Source: Anaerosacchariphilus polymeriproducens (GTDB lineage Bacteria; Bacillota; Clostridia; Lachnospirales; Lachnospiraceae). From it: a DNA stretch of 64,000 nt. Shown piece after piece: positions 19,848 to 31,030 of this stretch. Where the stretch lies: contig NZ_QRCT01000049.1 of the NCBI RefSeq assembly GCF_003363435.1, positions 357,403 through 421,402 on the forward strand, written 5' to 3'. The number at the start of each line of letters is the position of its first letter. Within the stretch, counting starts at the first letter, position 1. The translations under genes and the position numbers were made by a program. A model generated the notes under the pieces. The model ran no database searches. It was given only the letters and a program-made list of their open reading frames with translations, and was not told the origin of the DNA.

Positions 19848-20933
19848 TCAACGTGAAATCCTCTTTACAGAATCTCTTATAATAATGTCCTCATCGAACT
19901 CATAATTTGCATCAAAACTAGGGTTTTTGATAAGTTGAATTAAATTTTCTGCTGCTTTTTCCCCCAATCGTTCCATAGGATGAGGAATAGAAGTGAATTC
20001 CACATCTGACAAAACAGCCAACTCTGAATTATCGATACTAACAATTGAAATATCTTCAGGAACCTTCATTCCCTCTTTTTTTAATATTTCAATCAAGCTA
20101 TATGAAACTTCATCGTTATAACATAAAATTCCAGTACAATTCCCTAATCTTTCTAATATTTTACCCTTTGTCTTCTCCAAATGTTTCACTTCTTCGGTAT
20201 CAATCCAAACAATATCTGTATCCAAAAAATCTAAATCTGCATTCATCATTGCTTCTGAATATCCTTTGAAACGTAAATGTCCCTGTCCGTCATCCAGTTT
20301 TAGAATTGCACCTATTTTTCTGTGTCCCATAGAAATCAAATATTCCGTGGCTTTTCTTCCTGCTTCTTTATCATTAATAGAAACATGAGGCAGCTTTGAA
20401 TCAGCATAATAACTGTTAATGAATACTACCGGAATATGCCTGCTGGTTATTTCCGAAATAAGATCTTCATTCAAATTCGGAAGTCCACTCTTGGTAGGTT
20501 CAGCAATAATTCCAGCCACATCATTTCTATTTAGAATATCTTCCAGAATAATTTTCTCTCTGGCAAACACATTATTGGTAAATGCTATTTGAACAGAAAA
20601 CCCTTTTTCAAAAAGATAATTTTCAATCCCTTTAATGGTTCTAGGAAAAATATAACTGTCAACATAAGTGGTTATCACAGCTATTCTAGTCTTATTTTCC
20701 AAATTTGTCAGACGATTATCGGCCACATACGTACCGCTTCCTTGTACTTTTCTTACAATACCCTCTTTTTCCAGAACACTGATACTATGACGTACCGTCT
20801 GTCTGCTTAGTTTAAATATTTTACTTAATTCATTCTCCGAATAAATCTTCTGACCTGGTTTTAATTCTTTAGACTCAATCTTTTCCTTTATAAAATTTAC
20901 GATCTCTAAATATTTTGGTGTGTTATTTTTCAT
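19848..20933 (-). CDS. araR: Arabinose-responsive repressor AraR (GntR HTH + LacI-type sugar-binding domain)
   Basis: 361 aa. N-terminal GntR wHTH (ELSKIFKLSRQTVRHSISVLEKEGIVRKVQGSGTYV) fused to a periplasmic-binding-protein-like domain. Located within the ara cluster. Confidence 0.8.
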   Translation of the reverse strand: MKNNTPKYLEIVNFIKEKIESKELKPGQKIYSENELSKIFKLSRQTVRHSISVLEKEGIVRKVQGSGTYVADNRLTNLENKTRIAVITTYVDSYIFPRTIKGIENYLFEKGFSVQIAFTNNVFAREKIILEDILNRNDVAGIIAEPTKSGLPNLNEDLISEITSRHIPVVFINSYYADSKLPHVSINDKEAGRKATEYLISMGHRKIGAILKLDDGQGHLRFKGYSEAMMNADLDFLDTDIVWIDTEEVKHLEKTKGKILERLGNCTGILCYNDEVSYSLIEILKKEGMKVPEDISIVSIDNSELAVLSDVEFTSIPHPMERLGEKAAENLIQLIKNPSFDANYEFDEDIIIRDSVKRISR

Positions 20934-20986
20934 CTGATTCTAGACCGAAACCTTTCCGGCCTTCTACCTCATTTCTATTTTATTCT

Positions 20987-22156
20987 TTAGCCCTTCTTAC
21001 GCTTTGTAACCAAATCTACGGTTACGGCTCCAAGAAGTACGGCTCCTTTAACGATTTTTTGAATATCGGTAGACCACCCATACAAGGACATTCCGTTATT
21101 CAAAATTCCCATGATAAAAGCGCCGACTACTGCTCCGATTACAGTTCCGACTCCACCTGCCGTAGCTGCCCCTCCAATATAGCAGGAAGCAATGGCATCC
21201 ATCTCAAATCCATCTCCGGCTTTTGGTGTTGAGGAACCATTTCGAGCAGATAAAACAATGCCTGCAATCGCACACATAATTCCCATATTAGTATACACCC
21301 AAAAGAAAACTTTTTCAGTATTTATACCAGATAGTTTTGCTGCTTTTGCATTACCGCCTAAAGCATAAATTTGACGCCCGGCTACTGTTTTCGTTGTTAT
21401 ATAATGATAAAACCCTGCCAAAACTGCCATAATAACAAGAACAAAGGGAATCCCGTTACAAGTTGCCAGTTTCGAAAAGATAAACCACACAATTGCAAGT
21501 ATAACAATTTCCTTTATCGCAATCTGCCACAAAGGATTGGTTGCGAAACCATATTTTTCTTTTGTTTTTATATCTTTGAATTCTGCTAAAAGTATCAATA
21601 CCGAAATTATTATTGCTACACCAACACTGATCACATCAATTGGTCTTCCCCCAAGATTTACTTTTATGGTAGGTAAAAAACCTGCACCTATGTATGTAAA
21701 TTCATTGGGAAACGGTCCCTTCGTCTGTGCCTGCAAAACCGTATAAGTAAGACCACGCCCCATAAGCATTGTCGCCAGGGTTACAATAAACGGCGGGATC
21801 CCAAGCTTTGAAACAAAAAATCCAACAAATACCCCTGACAAAAGCCCTACCAAAATTGCTGCCAATATCGCAATCCAAATATTCACTTTGTAATCCACAA
21901 GCAAAATACCAATCACAGCCCCGGATAATGCTACCATTGAGCCAACTCCAAGATCAATGTTCCCAGTCAAAACACAAAGAAGCATACCGACTGCCAATAT
22001 TACAACATAGCCATTTTGCATAATCAGATTATTCATATTCATAGGAGTCATATTCGCTCCTTTTGTCAGAAAAGAAAATATCAAGAAAACTGCAATAAGA
22101 GCTACGACCATACCATATTGTTTCATATCTAAATTTTTTACTTTTTTCTCTCGCAT
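20987..22156 (-). CDS. Sugar ABC transporter permease (AraH/RbsC-like, monosaccharide family)
   Basis: 389 aa polytopic permease of the branched-chain/ribose-type family. Confidence 0.8.
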   Translation of the reverse strand: MREKKVKNLDMKQYGMVVALIAVFLIFSFLTKGANMTPMNMNNLIMQNGYVVILAVGMLLCVLTGNIDLGVGSMVALSGAVIGILLVDYKVNIWIAILAAILVGLLSGVFVGFFVSKLGIPPFIVTLATMLMGRGLTYTVLQAQTKGPFPNEFTYIGAGFLPTIKVNLGGRPIDVISVGVAIIISVLILLAEFKDIKTKEKYGFATNPLWQIAIKEIVILAIVWFIFSKLATCNGIPFVLVIMAVLAGFYHYITTKTVAGRQIYALGGNAKAAKLSGINTEKVFFWVYTNMGIMCAIAGIVLSARNGSSTPKAGDGFEMDAIASCYIGGAATAGGVGTVIGAVVGAFIMGILNNGMSLYGWSTDIQKIVKGAVLLGAVTVDLVTKRKKG

Positions 22157-22158
22157 TT

Positions 22159-23709
22159 TTACTCTCCCTTTCTGTTATGTGCCATGACACACTGCATGAT
22201 TTTTTCTTGAGAAACCTCATACTCATTTAATTCCCCAGCAATCTCACCTTCATTTATTACATATACACGGTCGCAAGTTCCTATAATCTCAGGCATTTCT
22301 GATGAAATTATAATAATTGCTTTTCCAGCTTTGGCAAGTTCATTAATCACACAATAGATTTCGTATTTAGCACCTACATCTATTCCCCTTGTTGGTTCAT
22401 CCAATATCAAAACATCCGGCTGTGTCAGCATCCACTTTGCCAGAACTACTTTCTGTTGATTTCCGCCTGATAAGGAAACAACCTTTTGATCAATTGAATT
22501 CGCCTTTATATTAATTTTTTTCATAAATTTATTTGCTGCTAATATTTCTTCATTCTTATTCACTACTCCATTTTTAGAAAAAAACTTTTTTAACGCAGCC
22601 ATGGTCATATTTCGTTTAATATCCTCTATCAGAACCAATCCATAATTCTTTCTATCTTCTGAAACATATGCAAGCTTATGTTGTATGGCATCTTTTACGT
22701 TTTTGATCCTCACTTCTTTTCCATGCATTTTAATGCTGCCTTGAATCTTCTGACCATAGGTCTTCCCAAAGATACTCATAGCCAATTCCGTTCTGCCTGC
22801 TCCCATTAGCCCTGCAAAACCAACTACTTCTCCTTCCCTGACATGAAAAGAAACATTTTTAATCATTTGCCGTTCTGCTTCTTCCGGATGAAATACATTC
22901 CAATCTTTTACTTCAAAAATAGTCTTTCCAATTTTAACATCTTCCCGTTTGGGATAACGATTGGTCAACTCCCTTCCAACCATTCCTTTAATAATACGGT
23001 CTTCCGTAAAATCTTCTTTCTCCTTTTCTATTGTTTCAATCGTCTTTCCATCCCGAATAATCGTAATTGAATCTGCAACATAACTGATTTCATTTAATTT
23101 ATGAGAGATAATGATACAAGTAATTCCCTGTTTTTTTAATTCCAGCATTAACTCTAATAGCTTTTTACTCTCTTCATCATTTAACGCTGCTGTTGGTTCG
23201 TCCAATATCAAGAGTTCGACTTTTTTCGCCAAAGCTTTTGCAATCTCAATTAATTGCTGTTTCCCAACACCAAGTAAGTTGACCGGCAAATTGACATTTT
23301 CATCTTCCAATCCCACTTTTGCCAGCATTTCTTTTGCTTTGCTTTTTGTCTTAGTCCAATTTATGACACCTTTTACAGAAGTCTGTTCATTCCCCAAAAA
23401 TACATTTTCTGCAATAGACAGACACGGACTCAAAGCCAGCTCTTGATGTATAATAACAATTCCTTTCGCTTCACTTTCTTTGATGTTGTGAAATTGGCAT
23501 ACTTCGTTATTATAAATAATATCCCCGGTATAAGTACCATATGGATACACGCCGGACAATACATTCATCAGCGTAGATTTTCCTGCTCCATTTTCTCCAC
23601 ATAGAGCATGAATTTCTCCACGTTTCACGCTTAACTGTACATCTGCTAATGCTTTCACCCCTGAAAACTCTTTCGTTATTTTTTTCATTTCCAAGATAAC
23701 ATCAGACAT
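22159..23709 (-). CDS. Sugar ABC transporter ATP-binding protein with duplicated ABC domains (AraG/MglA-like)
   Basis: 516 aa with two Walker A motifs ([18 protein letters not shown]) and two signature motifs (LSGGNQQKV). Confidence 0.85.
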   Translation of the reverse strand: MSDVILEMKKITKEFSGVKALADVQLSVKRGEIHALCGENGAGKSTLMNVLSGVYPYGTYTGDIIYNNEVCQFHNIKESEAKGIVIIHQELALSPCLSIAENVFLGNEQTSVKGVINWTKTKSKAKEMLAKVGLEDENVNLPVNLLGVGKQQLIEIAKALAKKVELLILDEPTAALNDEESKKLLELMLELKKQGITCIIISHKLNEISYVADSITIIRDGKTIETIEKEKEDFTEDRIIKGMVGRELTNRYPKREDVKIGKTIFEVKDWNVFHPEEAERQMIKNVSFHVREGEVVGFAGLMGAGRTELAMSIFGKTYGQKIQGSIKMHGKEVRIKNVKDAIQHKLAYVSEDRKNYGLVLIEDIKRNMTMAALKKFFSKNGVVNKNEEILAANKFMKKINIKANSIDQKVVSLSGGNQQKVVLAKWMLTQPDVLILDEPTRGIDVGAKYEIYCVINELAKAGKAIIIISSEMPEIIGTCDRVYVINEGEIAGELNEYEVSQEKIMQCVMAHNRKGE

Positions 23710-23822
23710 TTTTTCGCTCCCTTTCTTCTCCTTTTGATTAAAATTCTTCTTTACAGAATCCTTTCATTCGATTTGGCGGCGGTACAAGACCGCCACACCC
23801 CTGCTGCAAATATCAATGTTAT

Positions 23823-24974
23823 CTATTTTGACAATTGCTCCTCCGTGTAATATCCACTATCAACAATTACTTTTTTATAATTATCTTTGTCTACCGGTAC
23901 CGGTGTACAAAGGTAGGAAGGAACTGTTTTCACCCCATTATTATATTGATTTGTATCATTGATCTCAGGCTCTTTTCCTTCCAAAACCGCCTGAACCATT
24001 TTCACACATTTTTCTGCTAAAAGTCTGGTATCTTTATAAATAGACATTGTCTGATAACCACTTATTATGTTTTTTACAGCCATCAAATCTGCATCTTGTC
24101 CTGTAATTAATGGCCAGTCCTTTCCAACTGAATATCCCGCTCCTTCTAAGGCTGATTTGCATCCATAAGAAAAACCGTCAAATGCAGAACATACAATATC
24201 TAATTTTTCTTTTGCATAGAAACCTGTTAAATAATTTTCACAATTGGCTTGTGCCGTATCCTGTGACCACCTCAAAATACATGTATCGTCAAAAGATGTT
24301 CTGCCTGATTTGCATACTAAGGTTCCGTCTTTTAAATATCCTTCTAACACTTCCATGATTCCGTTGTACAAAAACAAAGCATTGTTATCGTCAGGTGATC
24401 CCATAAAAAATTCGATTGTATAAGATTTTCCTTCTTTTTGGGCAACTTTTAAGTCTTTCTTTTCTTCTATGTATTTTCCTATCGCTACTCCCACCCCTTT
24501 GTTATCAAATGTAGCATAATAGGAAACAGCATCGGTATCCATAAGCAACCGATCATAAGCAATAATCGGAATTCCTGCATCCTTTGCCTGTTTCTCCACA
24601 TTGACCAGCGCTGAGGAATCTACTGCTGCAATTACAAGACAATCTACATTTTGAGCAATCATATTCTCTACCTGTGATACTTGATTTTGTACATCATCTT
24701 CCGCGAACTGAGCAATTACCTTGTACCCTTGTTTCTCAAATTGCTCTTTCATGTTGGCACAATCGCTGATCCACCTTTCGGATGACTGCGTCGGCATTGC
24801 CAAACCAACGGTTTTTCCTTTTGCACTTTTTTTCCCATTCACATTAGCACTGTCAGCTGTCTGCGCTGAATCTGATACTGTAGACTTATCAGTCGTTGAG
24901 CCTTCTCCACACCCAACTAACATAGTCGTTACCATAGCTACACTTAGAATAAGACTTAAGATTTTGTTTCTCAT
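23823..24974 (-). CDS. Sugar ABC transporter substrate-binding lipoprotein (AraF/ChvE-like)
   Basis: Lipobox LVGC. Likely start is MRNKILS at 24974 with a GGGAGG SD; the ORF-track start is 24989. Periplasmic-binding-protein type 1 fold. Confidence 0.8.
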   Translation of the reverse strand: MRNKILSLILSVAMVTTMLVGCGEGSTTDKSTVSDSAQTADSANVNGKKSAKGKTVGLAMPTQSSERWISDCANMKEQFEKQGYKVIAQFAEDDVQNQVSQVENMIAQNVDCLVIAAVDSSALVNVEKQAKDAGIPIIAYDRLLMDTDAVSYYATFDNKGVGVAIGKYIEEKKDLKVAQKEGKSYTIEFFMGSPDDNNALFLYNGIMEVLEGYLKDGTLVCKSGRTSFDDTCILRWSQDTAQANCENYLTGFYAKEKLDIVCSAFDGFSYGCKSALEGAGYSVGKDWPLITGQDADLMAVKNIISGYQTMSIYKDTRLLAEKCVKMVQAVLEGKEPEINDTNQYNNGVKTVPSYLCTPVPVDKDNYKKVIVDSGYYTEEQLSK

Positions 24975-25014
24975 TTTTTTACCTCCCATTCATACATTGG
25001 TTTAAAGTTGTATT

Positions 25015-25055
25015 TACAATCCGTACTAGTTGTACGGTTTTGTACAATATTACAA
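25015..25055. promoter_or_regulatory. Candidate AraR operator: three GTAC-core half-site repeats spaced 10 bp apart upstream of the ara transporter gene
   Basis: The sequence CCGTACTAGTTGTACGGTTTTGTACAA has TGTAC/GTACA cores at 25023, 25033 and 25043. It includes the palindromes CCGTAC-N5-GTACGG and TTGTAC-N6-GTACAA. It resembles the Firmicutes AraR box ATTTGTACGTACAAAT and lies 40-80 bp upstream of the SBP start. Confidence 0.45.
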
Positions 25056-25507
25056 TCTTTTTTTGCATACCCCTATTATTTCTATATGTCATTAACAAAC
25101 TATATATTCGCTTGTATGAGATGATTGTGTATTTTATCTTTTATGTGTACATCTTAAACTGTTTTTTATTTATTTTTATTACTTGTTAGTCATAATATAT
25201 ATCATTTTTTTACACTTGTCAACATTGTTTTTGCATTTTATGTGTATATTTTACCTTAGTTGTATATGTACATGTTTAAACAGTATCTTATTTGCTGCTT
25301 TTAAATTGTTATTAGATTAAGAGTATTGTTTTCATTAATTTCTCTTAACATTTAAATTTGCAAAGTGGAAACGATGTATCTTTGTCTTTTCAATGAAAGA
25401 TTACAAAACGAGAGAAATGAAGAATATTAGTAGAAGTGTCATTGGATGATAAATCTGATTGAATTAGTTTAATTCGAATTTGAAGGTTGAGTTCTGAAAT
25501 AAATATA

Positions 25508-26131
25508 TTATTCTATTAAACGATAAGTACCTTTTCCGATTTTTGAGACTACGCCAGCCGCTTCACATTGGTTCAAAATTCTTTGAAGTTGTCTTGAACT
25601 GCAATGAAGATGGAAAGCTGCCTGCTCTAGCCCCTTCAATATACCTGAATCACATTTGTATTTCATATAGGACATGACCCGTTCTGTTAAGGATGTTGGA
25701 GCAGCGTCAATGTTTGTTATTGCACCTATTTTTGCAGATAGACTATTACAGATGAGCTGCAGGAACTGATTGTTCGCAAGTAATAATTCCCTGTTTTTGT
25801 CAATAGGAAATGAAATGCAGGTCAAATTTTCAGTTGCTTCAGAATAGATGTTATAGTTCCTTGGATAAAAAATATCCATGTCTCCAAGTAAGTAGTCTGC
25901 ATAGCCGTTTGACAAAGAATATCGTGTGCCGTCATCACGAATAAAATAGATATTTATAGATCCATGCTCTACAATTTGAAATAACAATTCATTCTGAAAA
26001 GGCGAAGTGACCAATTCGCCTTTTTCGTATTTTATAAGGCAAAAATCTACATGCAGTTCATTGAGAACCGTTTGATATTTGCTATTTTCAATAAAAGTAG
26101 CTATTTTGTTTTTGTCATAAATTTTTTTCAT
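25508..26131 (-). CDS. Crp/Fnr-family transcriptional regulator
   Basis: cNMP-binding-like beta-barrel plus C-terminal HTH (SRQLQRILNQCEAAGVVSKIGKGTYRLI). Likely start MKKIYDK at 26131 with a GGAGG SD. Confidence 0.7.
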   Translation of the reverse strand: MKKIYDKNKIATFIENSKYQTVLNELHVDFCLIKYEKGELVTSPFQNELLFQIVEHGSINIYFIRDDGTRYSLSNGYADYLLGDMDIFYPRNYNIYSEATENLTCISFPIDKNRELLLANNQFLQLICNSLSAKIGAITNIDAAPTSLTERVMSYMKYKCDSGILKGLEQAAFHLHCSSRQLQRILNQCEAAGVVSKIGKGTYRLIE

Positions 26132-26219
26132 AAGTCCTCCAAACAACAAGACAAATGTCCAGTTTTTGAAATCAATTTTACATTATAATCATTAAGATTT
26201 CAAGGGAGGATTAGAAACT

Positions 26220-27563
26220 ATGACATCTATTTTTGAAGAAAAGAATATTCCTAAGGCGATTATGAGAGTTGGATTGCCTTCTATGTTGGGACAGCTTACA
26301 ACCCTCATTTACAATATTGCCGACACCTTTTTTGTGTCTTTGACCAGAAAACCAACAACCATTGCAGCTGTTACATTGTGTGCTCCTATATTGCTTATTA
26401 TAATGTCTCTCTCCTTTATCTTTGGAATGGGCGGAAGCAGTGTAATTGCCAGGCTATTAGGAGAAGAAAAGAAAAAAGAGGCTGGCACAACCATGAATTT
26501 TTGCGTGTATGCATTGGTGTTTGCAGGAATTATCACACTTGTGCTAGGTCTTGTGTTCTTGCATCCATTAGCACAACTGGTAGGTGCTGATGCGGATAAT
26601 ATAGGTTATACCTGTGACTATTTGAAATACATTTTTATTGGAGCACCTTTTATCATGCTCGCAAATGGGTTTGTCCATCTGTTTCGTTCTGTTGGTTTGA
26701 TAAAAGAAAGTACGATTGGATTAGTGCTTGGCAATATCATCAATATTGGATTGGACTATGTCTTTATCGTTATTTTAGGATGGGCAACAGCCGGAGCTGC
26801 ACTTGCAACCTCCTTGGGATTTTTATGTGCAACTATATACTATATTATCTGCATGATCCGTGAGGAATGCAAGGGTAATCAATTAGTGCCATTAACCCCA
26901 AAATATTTTTCACCAAATACAAGAATGATTCGAAACGTTGTAAACATCGGTATTCCTGGGGCACTGATTACAGTTCTTATGAGTGTTTCAAATATCGTAC
27001 TAAATAACTATATTGGTATGTATGGTTCTGATGCAGTAGCATCTTACGGGATTGCATATAAGCTTGAAATGATTCCAATTCTACTGTCAGTTGGATTATC
27101 ACAGGGAGTTACCCCATTAATTGGCTATTATTATGGAGCAAAAAAGAAGAAACGAACGATCGATGTTGTGAAATATGCAATGATGTATGGGGTTCTTCTT
27201 GGAGCAATATTTACCGCTGCTTTTCTTCTTTTTGGAAAACCTCTTGTATCCATATTCCTGCACGATGAAACTCTGATTTTACAAACCGGATACTTTTTAA
27301 GAATTCTTTGCCTGTCGGCACCGATGCTCGGAGTTATCAATATGGTTACAAGTTATTTTCAAGCTTTAGGCAAGGCAGTTAATTCGCTGGTTATTACAGT
27401 CATGAGAAATGCAGTGTTTTTTATTCCAGGAGTAATCATTTTGAATTATCTTTGGAAATTAAATGGTGTTATTGCTGCGCAACCAGTTGTTGAAACGGTT
27501 TTGACAATCATTTGTATTTTTATGTATACAAAGGATGCAAAAGCAATATCAAAAGAAATGTAA
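26220..27563 (+). CDS. MATE-family multidrug/oligosaccharidyl-lipid efflux transporter
   Basis: 447 aa, 12 TMs, typical MATE N-terminus. Divergent from the Crp-like regulator. Confidence 0.85.
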   Translation: MTSIFEEKNIPKAIMRVGLPSMLGQLTTLIYNIADTFFVSLTRKPTTIAAVTLCAPILLIIMSLSFIFGMGGSSVIARLLGEEKKKEAGTTMNFCVYALVFAGIITLVLGLVFLHPLAQLVGADADNIGYTCDYLKYIFIGAPFIMLANGFVHLFRSVGLIKESTIGLVLGNIINIGLDYVFIVILGWATAGAALATSLGFLCATIYYIICMIREECKGNQLVPLTPKYFSPNTRMIRNVVNIGIPGALITVLMSVSNIVLNNYIGMYGSDAVASYGIAYKLEMIPILLSVGLSQGVTPLIGYYYGAKKKKRTIDVVKYAMMYGVLLGAIFTAAFLLFGKPLVSIFLHDETLILQTGYFLRILCLSAPMLGVINMVTSYFQALGKAVNSLVITVMRNAVFFIPGVIILNYLWKLNGVIAAQPVVETVLTIICIFMYTKDAKAISKEM

Positions 27564-27609
27564 AACAGTATAGGATGGAAATCCCAATTATTCGAAAGTT
27601 TTCTCAATT

Positions 27610-28233
27610 TCAGATTTGGATTTCCTCCTTTAATTCATGAATCTTTTTCCACTCTTTTTCATAATCTGCTACTACTTTATCAGGCTCTTGACACAACATT
27701 AATTCTGACATCACACACACTCCAGCTGCATTGCACTCGTAAATTTGCTCCAGACGGTCTCTTCTTATTCCTCCAATTGCATAGACCGGTATCTTTACAT
27801 GTTCACAAACATTTTTTAAGAACCCAGGACCTCTTGGCTCTAAATCTTTTTTACAGTCGGTTTCAAAAATATGTCCTGCAACTAAATAATCAGCACCTGA
27901 TTCAGCTGCTTTCACCGCTTCCTCTACACTATGAACGGATACTCCCATACAAGAAAACTCCTCTTTGGGTTCAACATATTCAATCAATTCCCCATACGAC
28001 AAATGAATCCTCTTGATTTCCAATTCCCGAGCAATTTCTACCTGATGATTGATAATGAGTGGCACCTTATATTTGTGACAGATTTCAGCGCATCTTCTTG
28101 CAGTGATTTTGTATTCTTCCTGATTCATTTCTTTTTCGCGCAGTATGATTCCCTCAGGCCCACCCCTGGAAATCTTTTCTATTCTGTCAAAAAAATTATC
28201 TTTACACAGTCTCGAGCTGGTCACAACCATCAT
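27610..28233 (-). CDS. thiE: Thiamine-phosphate synthase ThiE (copy 2)
   Basis: 207 aa ThiE/TenI-fold protein (GADYLVAGHIFET...YAIGGI). Last gene of the thiSFGH operon. Confidence 0.75.
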   Translation of the reverse strand: MMVVTSSRLCKDNFFDRIEKISRGGPEGIILREKEMNQEEYKITARRCAEICHKYKVPLIINHQVEIARELEIKRIHLSYGELIEYVEPKEEFSCMGVSVHSVEEAVKAAESGADYLVAGHIFETDCKKDLEPRGPGFLKNVCEHVKIPVYAIGGIRRDRLEQIYECNAAGVCVMSELMLCQEPDKVVADYEKEWKKIHELKEEIQI

Positions 28234-28270
28234 ATCCCATTATCTTCCTTTCTCTCTGTCACATTTCTAT

Positions 28271-29422
28271 TTACACTCGGATATAATCTGTATATACCGG
28301 TTGCAATCCTCTGTTTAAAATTGCTTCATGTACCTGTTTCACACTTCTGGGATCTGCTATTTCAAACTGTTCATCCCCTTTTTTCTCTTCTTCATGACCA
28401 CCTACTCCAACTTTTACTCCTGCCGATATTCTTGTCGCACACATTCCAATGACATGATCACGGAATCCCGCTCTTTCTCTCGTAGAAATAGTAATACCTG
28501 CAAAAGGCATGAACAAACGATACGCCAACATCACTTGAAGTAGTTGAGCTTCGTGAACATCATTTGGATTTGCTTTAGAATTATTGATATAAGGTCTTAA
28601 TCTGGGTAAAGAAAACGATATTTCCGCATGAGGATATTTCTGTTGTACATAATACGCATGCAGTCCTGCAGCAAAAGCATCCTTTCTAAAATCACCAAGT
28701 CCAAGCAAAGCTCCAAAAGCAACCCCTCTCATCCCTCCCAAAATTGCCCTTTCCTGGGAATAAAAACGATATGGATAGCTTCTTTTATGACCACTTAAAT
28801 GAACCTTTTCATATTTATCTGTATGATATGTCTCCTGATATACCGAAACAAAATCCGCACCGCATTCCCTCAAATACGCATACTCTTTTACATTAAGGGG
28901 ATAAATTTCAATCCCTACCGTAGAGAAATATTTAGCAGCAATCTTAACAGCTTCCCCTATATATTCCACATCTGAATGCTTCCTTGATTCTCCTGTCAAT
29001 AACAAAATATCTTGAAGACCGGTAGATGCAATCGTCTGCAATTCAGTTTCTATTTCATCCATAGAAAGTTTTCCCCGTTTAATTTTGTTTTGACAATTAA
29101 ATCCACAATAAACACAATGATTTTCACAATAATTTGCGATATACAAAGGAGTAAACATACTCACCGCATTGCCAAAGTGCTTTTTCGTTTCTAATTGTGC
29201 TTTGTGTGCTGTATTCTCCAAAAATCCTTCTGCAGCCGGAGAAAGTAAAACAGCAAAATCTTCTATACTCATTTGTTCTTTATTTAATATCCTTATAACA
29301 TCCTCTTTTGTATAACAATTATAATCATATGCCTTCATCTTTTTTTGAACTCTGTCCATAATATCAGACTCAATAACATCCATATCCGGCATATATTCCA
29401 TATGATTCATTTCTACTTGCAT
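28271..29422 (-). CDS. thiH: 2-iminoacetate synthase ThiH (radical-SAM tyrosine lyase)
   Basis: 383 aa with a CxxxCxxC radical-SAM motif (CENHCVYCGF) and overall ThiH/BioB-like similarity. Confidence 0.85.
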   Translation of the reverse strand: MQVEMNHMEYMPDMDVIESDIMDRVQKKMKAYDYNCYTKEDVIRILNKEQMSIEDFAVLLSPAAEGFLENTAHKAQLETKKHFGNAVSMFTPLYIANYCENHCVYCGFNCQNKIKRGKLSMDEIETELQTIASTGLQDILLLTGESRKHSDVEYIGEAVKIAAKYFSTVGIEIYPLNVKEYAYLRECGADFVSVYQETYHTDKYEKVHLSGHKRSYPYRFYSQERAILGGMRGVAFGALLGLGDFRKDAFAAGLHAYYVQQKYPHAEISFSLPRLRPYINNSKANPNDVHEAQLLQVMLAYRLFMPFAGITISTRERAGFRDHVIGMCATRISAGVKVGVGGHEEEKKGDEQFEIADPRSVKQVHEAILNRGLQPVYTDYIRV

Positions 29423-29424
29423 TC

Positions 29425-30192
29425 CTAATCCTCCAAAAAACCTGTTAATGGACTAGAAGCTTCTGCCTTAAAATTTAACACTCTTCCTAATCCTGCTAAA
29501 TAAGCCTCTCTTCCCGCCTCAATTGCTTTCTTAAATGCTTGCGCCATCAATCCAACATCGTTGGCTGTCGCAATTGCCGTATTCGCCATTACCGCATCGA
29601 CTCCCATTTCCATAGCTTCACATGCCTGCGACGGTCTTCCTATCCCTGCATCAACAATAATTGGCAAATCGATTTCTTCCACTAACATTTTTATGAATTC
29701 CTTCGTCATAAGACCTTTGTTGCTTCCAATCGGAGCTCCAAGAGGCATGACTGCTGCCGCACCGGCATCTACCAATTCTCTTGCAACATTCAGGTCGGGA
29801 TACATATATGGCATGACTATAAATCCTTCTTTTGCCATAAGCTCCGTTGCCTTAATTGTCTCATAATTATCGGGCATTAGATATTTAGAATCTCGAATCA
29901 CCTCTACCTTCACAAAGTCTCCGCAGCCTAATTCTCTGGCTAATCTTGCAATTCGAAGTGCTTCTTTAGCAGTTCTTGCACCTGAAGTGTTCGGAAGCAG
30001 TGTAATCCCTTTTGGCATATAATCAAGAATATTTTCCTCTCCGCCTGCATTTGCCCTGCGTATAGCAAGGGTAGCCATTTCGACTCCTCCATTTTTTATT
30101 ACCTTATCTGTCATTTCTAAAGAAAATTTACCGGAACCCAAAATAAATCTTGATTGAAATTCATGTCCGCCAATTACCAATTTATCACTCAT
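29425..30192 (-). CDS. thiG: Thiazole synthase ThiG
   Basis: 255 aa with conserved ThiG N-terminus ([19 protein letters not shown]). Confidence 0.9.
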   Translation of the reverse strand: MSDKLVIGGHEFQSRFILGSGKFSLEMTDKVIKNGGVEMATLAIRRANAGGEENILDYMPKGITLLPNTSGARTAKEALRIARLARELGCGDFVKVEVIRDSKYLMPDNYETIKATELMAKEGFIVMPYMYPDLNVARELVDAGAAAVMPLGAPIGSNKGLMTKEFIKMLVEEIDLPIIVDAGIGRPSQACEAMEMGVDAVMANTAIATANDVGLMAQAFKKAIEAGREAYLAGLGRVLNFKAEASSPLTGFLED

Positions 30193-30223
30193 CTTTAATC
30201 TCCTTTTCTGCTCTTTCTTTTTT

Positions 30224-31030
30224 CTAAGGCTGTTCTATCCCCAACAGTAGTCTTAGCACCATGTTCGCTTGGTGACCGGCACAGACCTGTACTCTTGGTG
30301 CCATAAGACCATTGCCTTGTTTTGCTTCATTCTCTAAATCTCCACATACATACAATCTACTCATCTTTTTTTGTGTTTTAATATCATTTGCACTAGTATA
30401 CCCTGCCATGCCGGAAGCTGCTACAATTATTATCTTTTTTTCCTCTGATAATAGTGTATTGACTAACATCGCTTTTTCCTGAGAAACATCAAAAGCCTCG
30501 CATACTATCTGACACCCGCCAAAAAGTTCTGCAGCATTCTTTTGCGTTACTTTGCAGTTTTGAATCTCTACATTCAAATAGGGATTTATTTGTGAAATCT
30601 GTTCTTTCAACGCCTCCGTTTTGGGTCTGCCTAAATGATTGATAAAATAACTTTGACGATTTAAATTGCTTGGTTCTACCACATCGTAATCTACCAAAAC
30701 CAAATTGCCGACTCCTGTCCTGGCCAATGCAATTGCAAGATTAGAACCTAATCCCCCGAGTCCGGCTATTCCTACCCTCGCACATTTTAATTTTTCAAAC
30801 ACATTAGGCGTATGTCTGGCCGAAATCATCAATTCCAGCTTATCACGATCAGGAATTTTCCCTTTTTCAATAATGATCAAAGCATCATTTTCCTTTATTT
30901 TCAAATCTTCTTTTACCTGAAATCCATTCACTATGTGGACTTCTCCACCTATTTTAAATTCTTTTAAAATATCATATAGGAAATATTTGGTTGTTTCTTT
31001 TTTTTCTCCATTAATAACAACTCTCATCAT
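30224..31030 (-). CDS. thiF: Sulfur-carrier adenylyltransferase ThiF (family-2 E1-like) with N-terminal ThiS/MoaD-like beta-grasp extension
   Basis: The E1 Rossmann motif [41 protein letters not shown] starts near residue 85. Residues 1-70 ([57 protein letters not shown]) look like a ThiS-like ubiquitin fold lacking a C-terminal GG. The ATG overlaps the thiS stop (TGATG). Confidence 0.75.
   Translation of the reverse strand: MMRVVINGEKKETTKYFLYDILKEFKIGGEVHIVNGFQVKEDLKIKENDALIIIEKGKIPDRDKLELMISARHTPNVFEKLKCARVGIAGLGGLGSNLAIALARTGVGNLVLVDYDVVEPSNLNRQSYFINHLGRPKTEALKEQISQINPYLNVEIQNCKVTQKNAAELFGGCQIVCEAFDVSQEKAMLVNTLLSEEKKIIIVAASGMAGYTSANDIKTQKKMSRLYVCGDLENEAKQGNGLMAPRVQVCAGHQANMVLRLLLGIEQP

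Noticed and set aside
27931-28452. 173-aa plus-strand ORF
   Set aside because: Antisense to the thiE2/thiH coding sequences. No SD. Phe/Leu-rich artefact of an AT-rich antisense frame.
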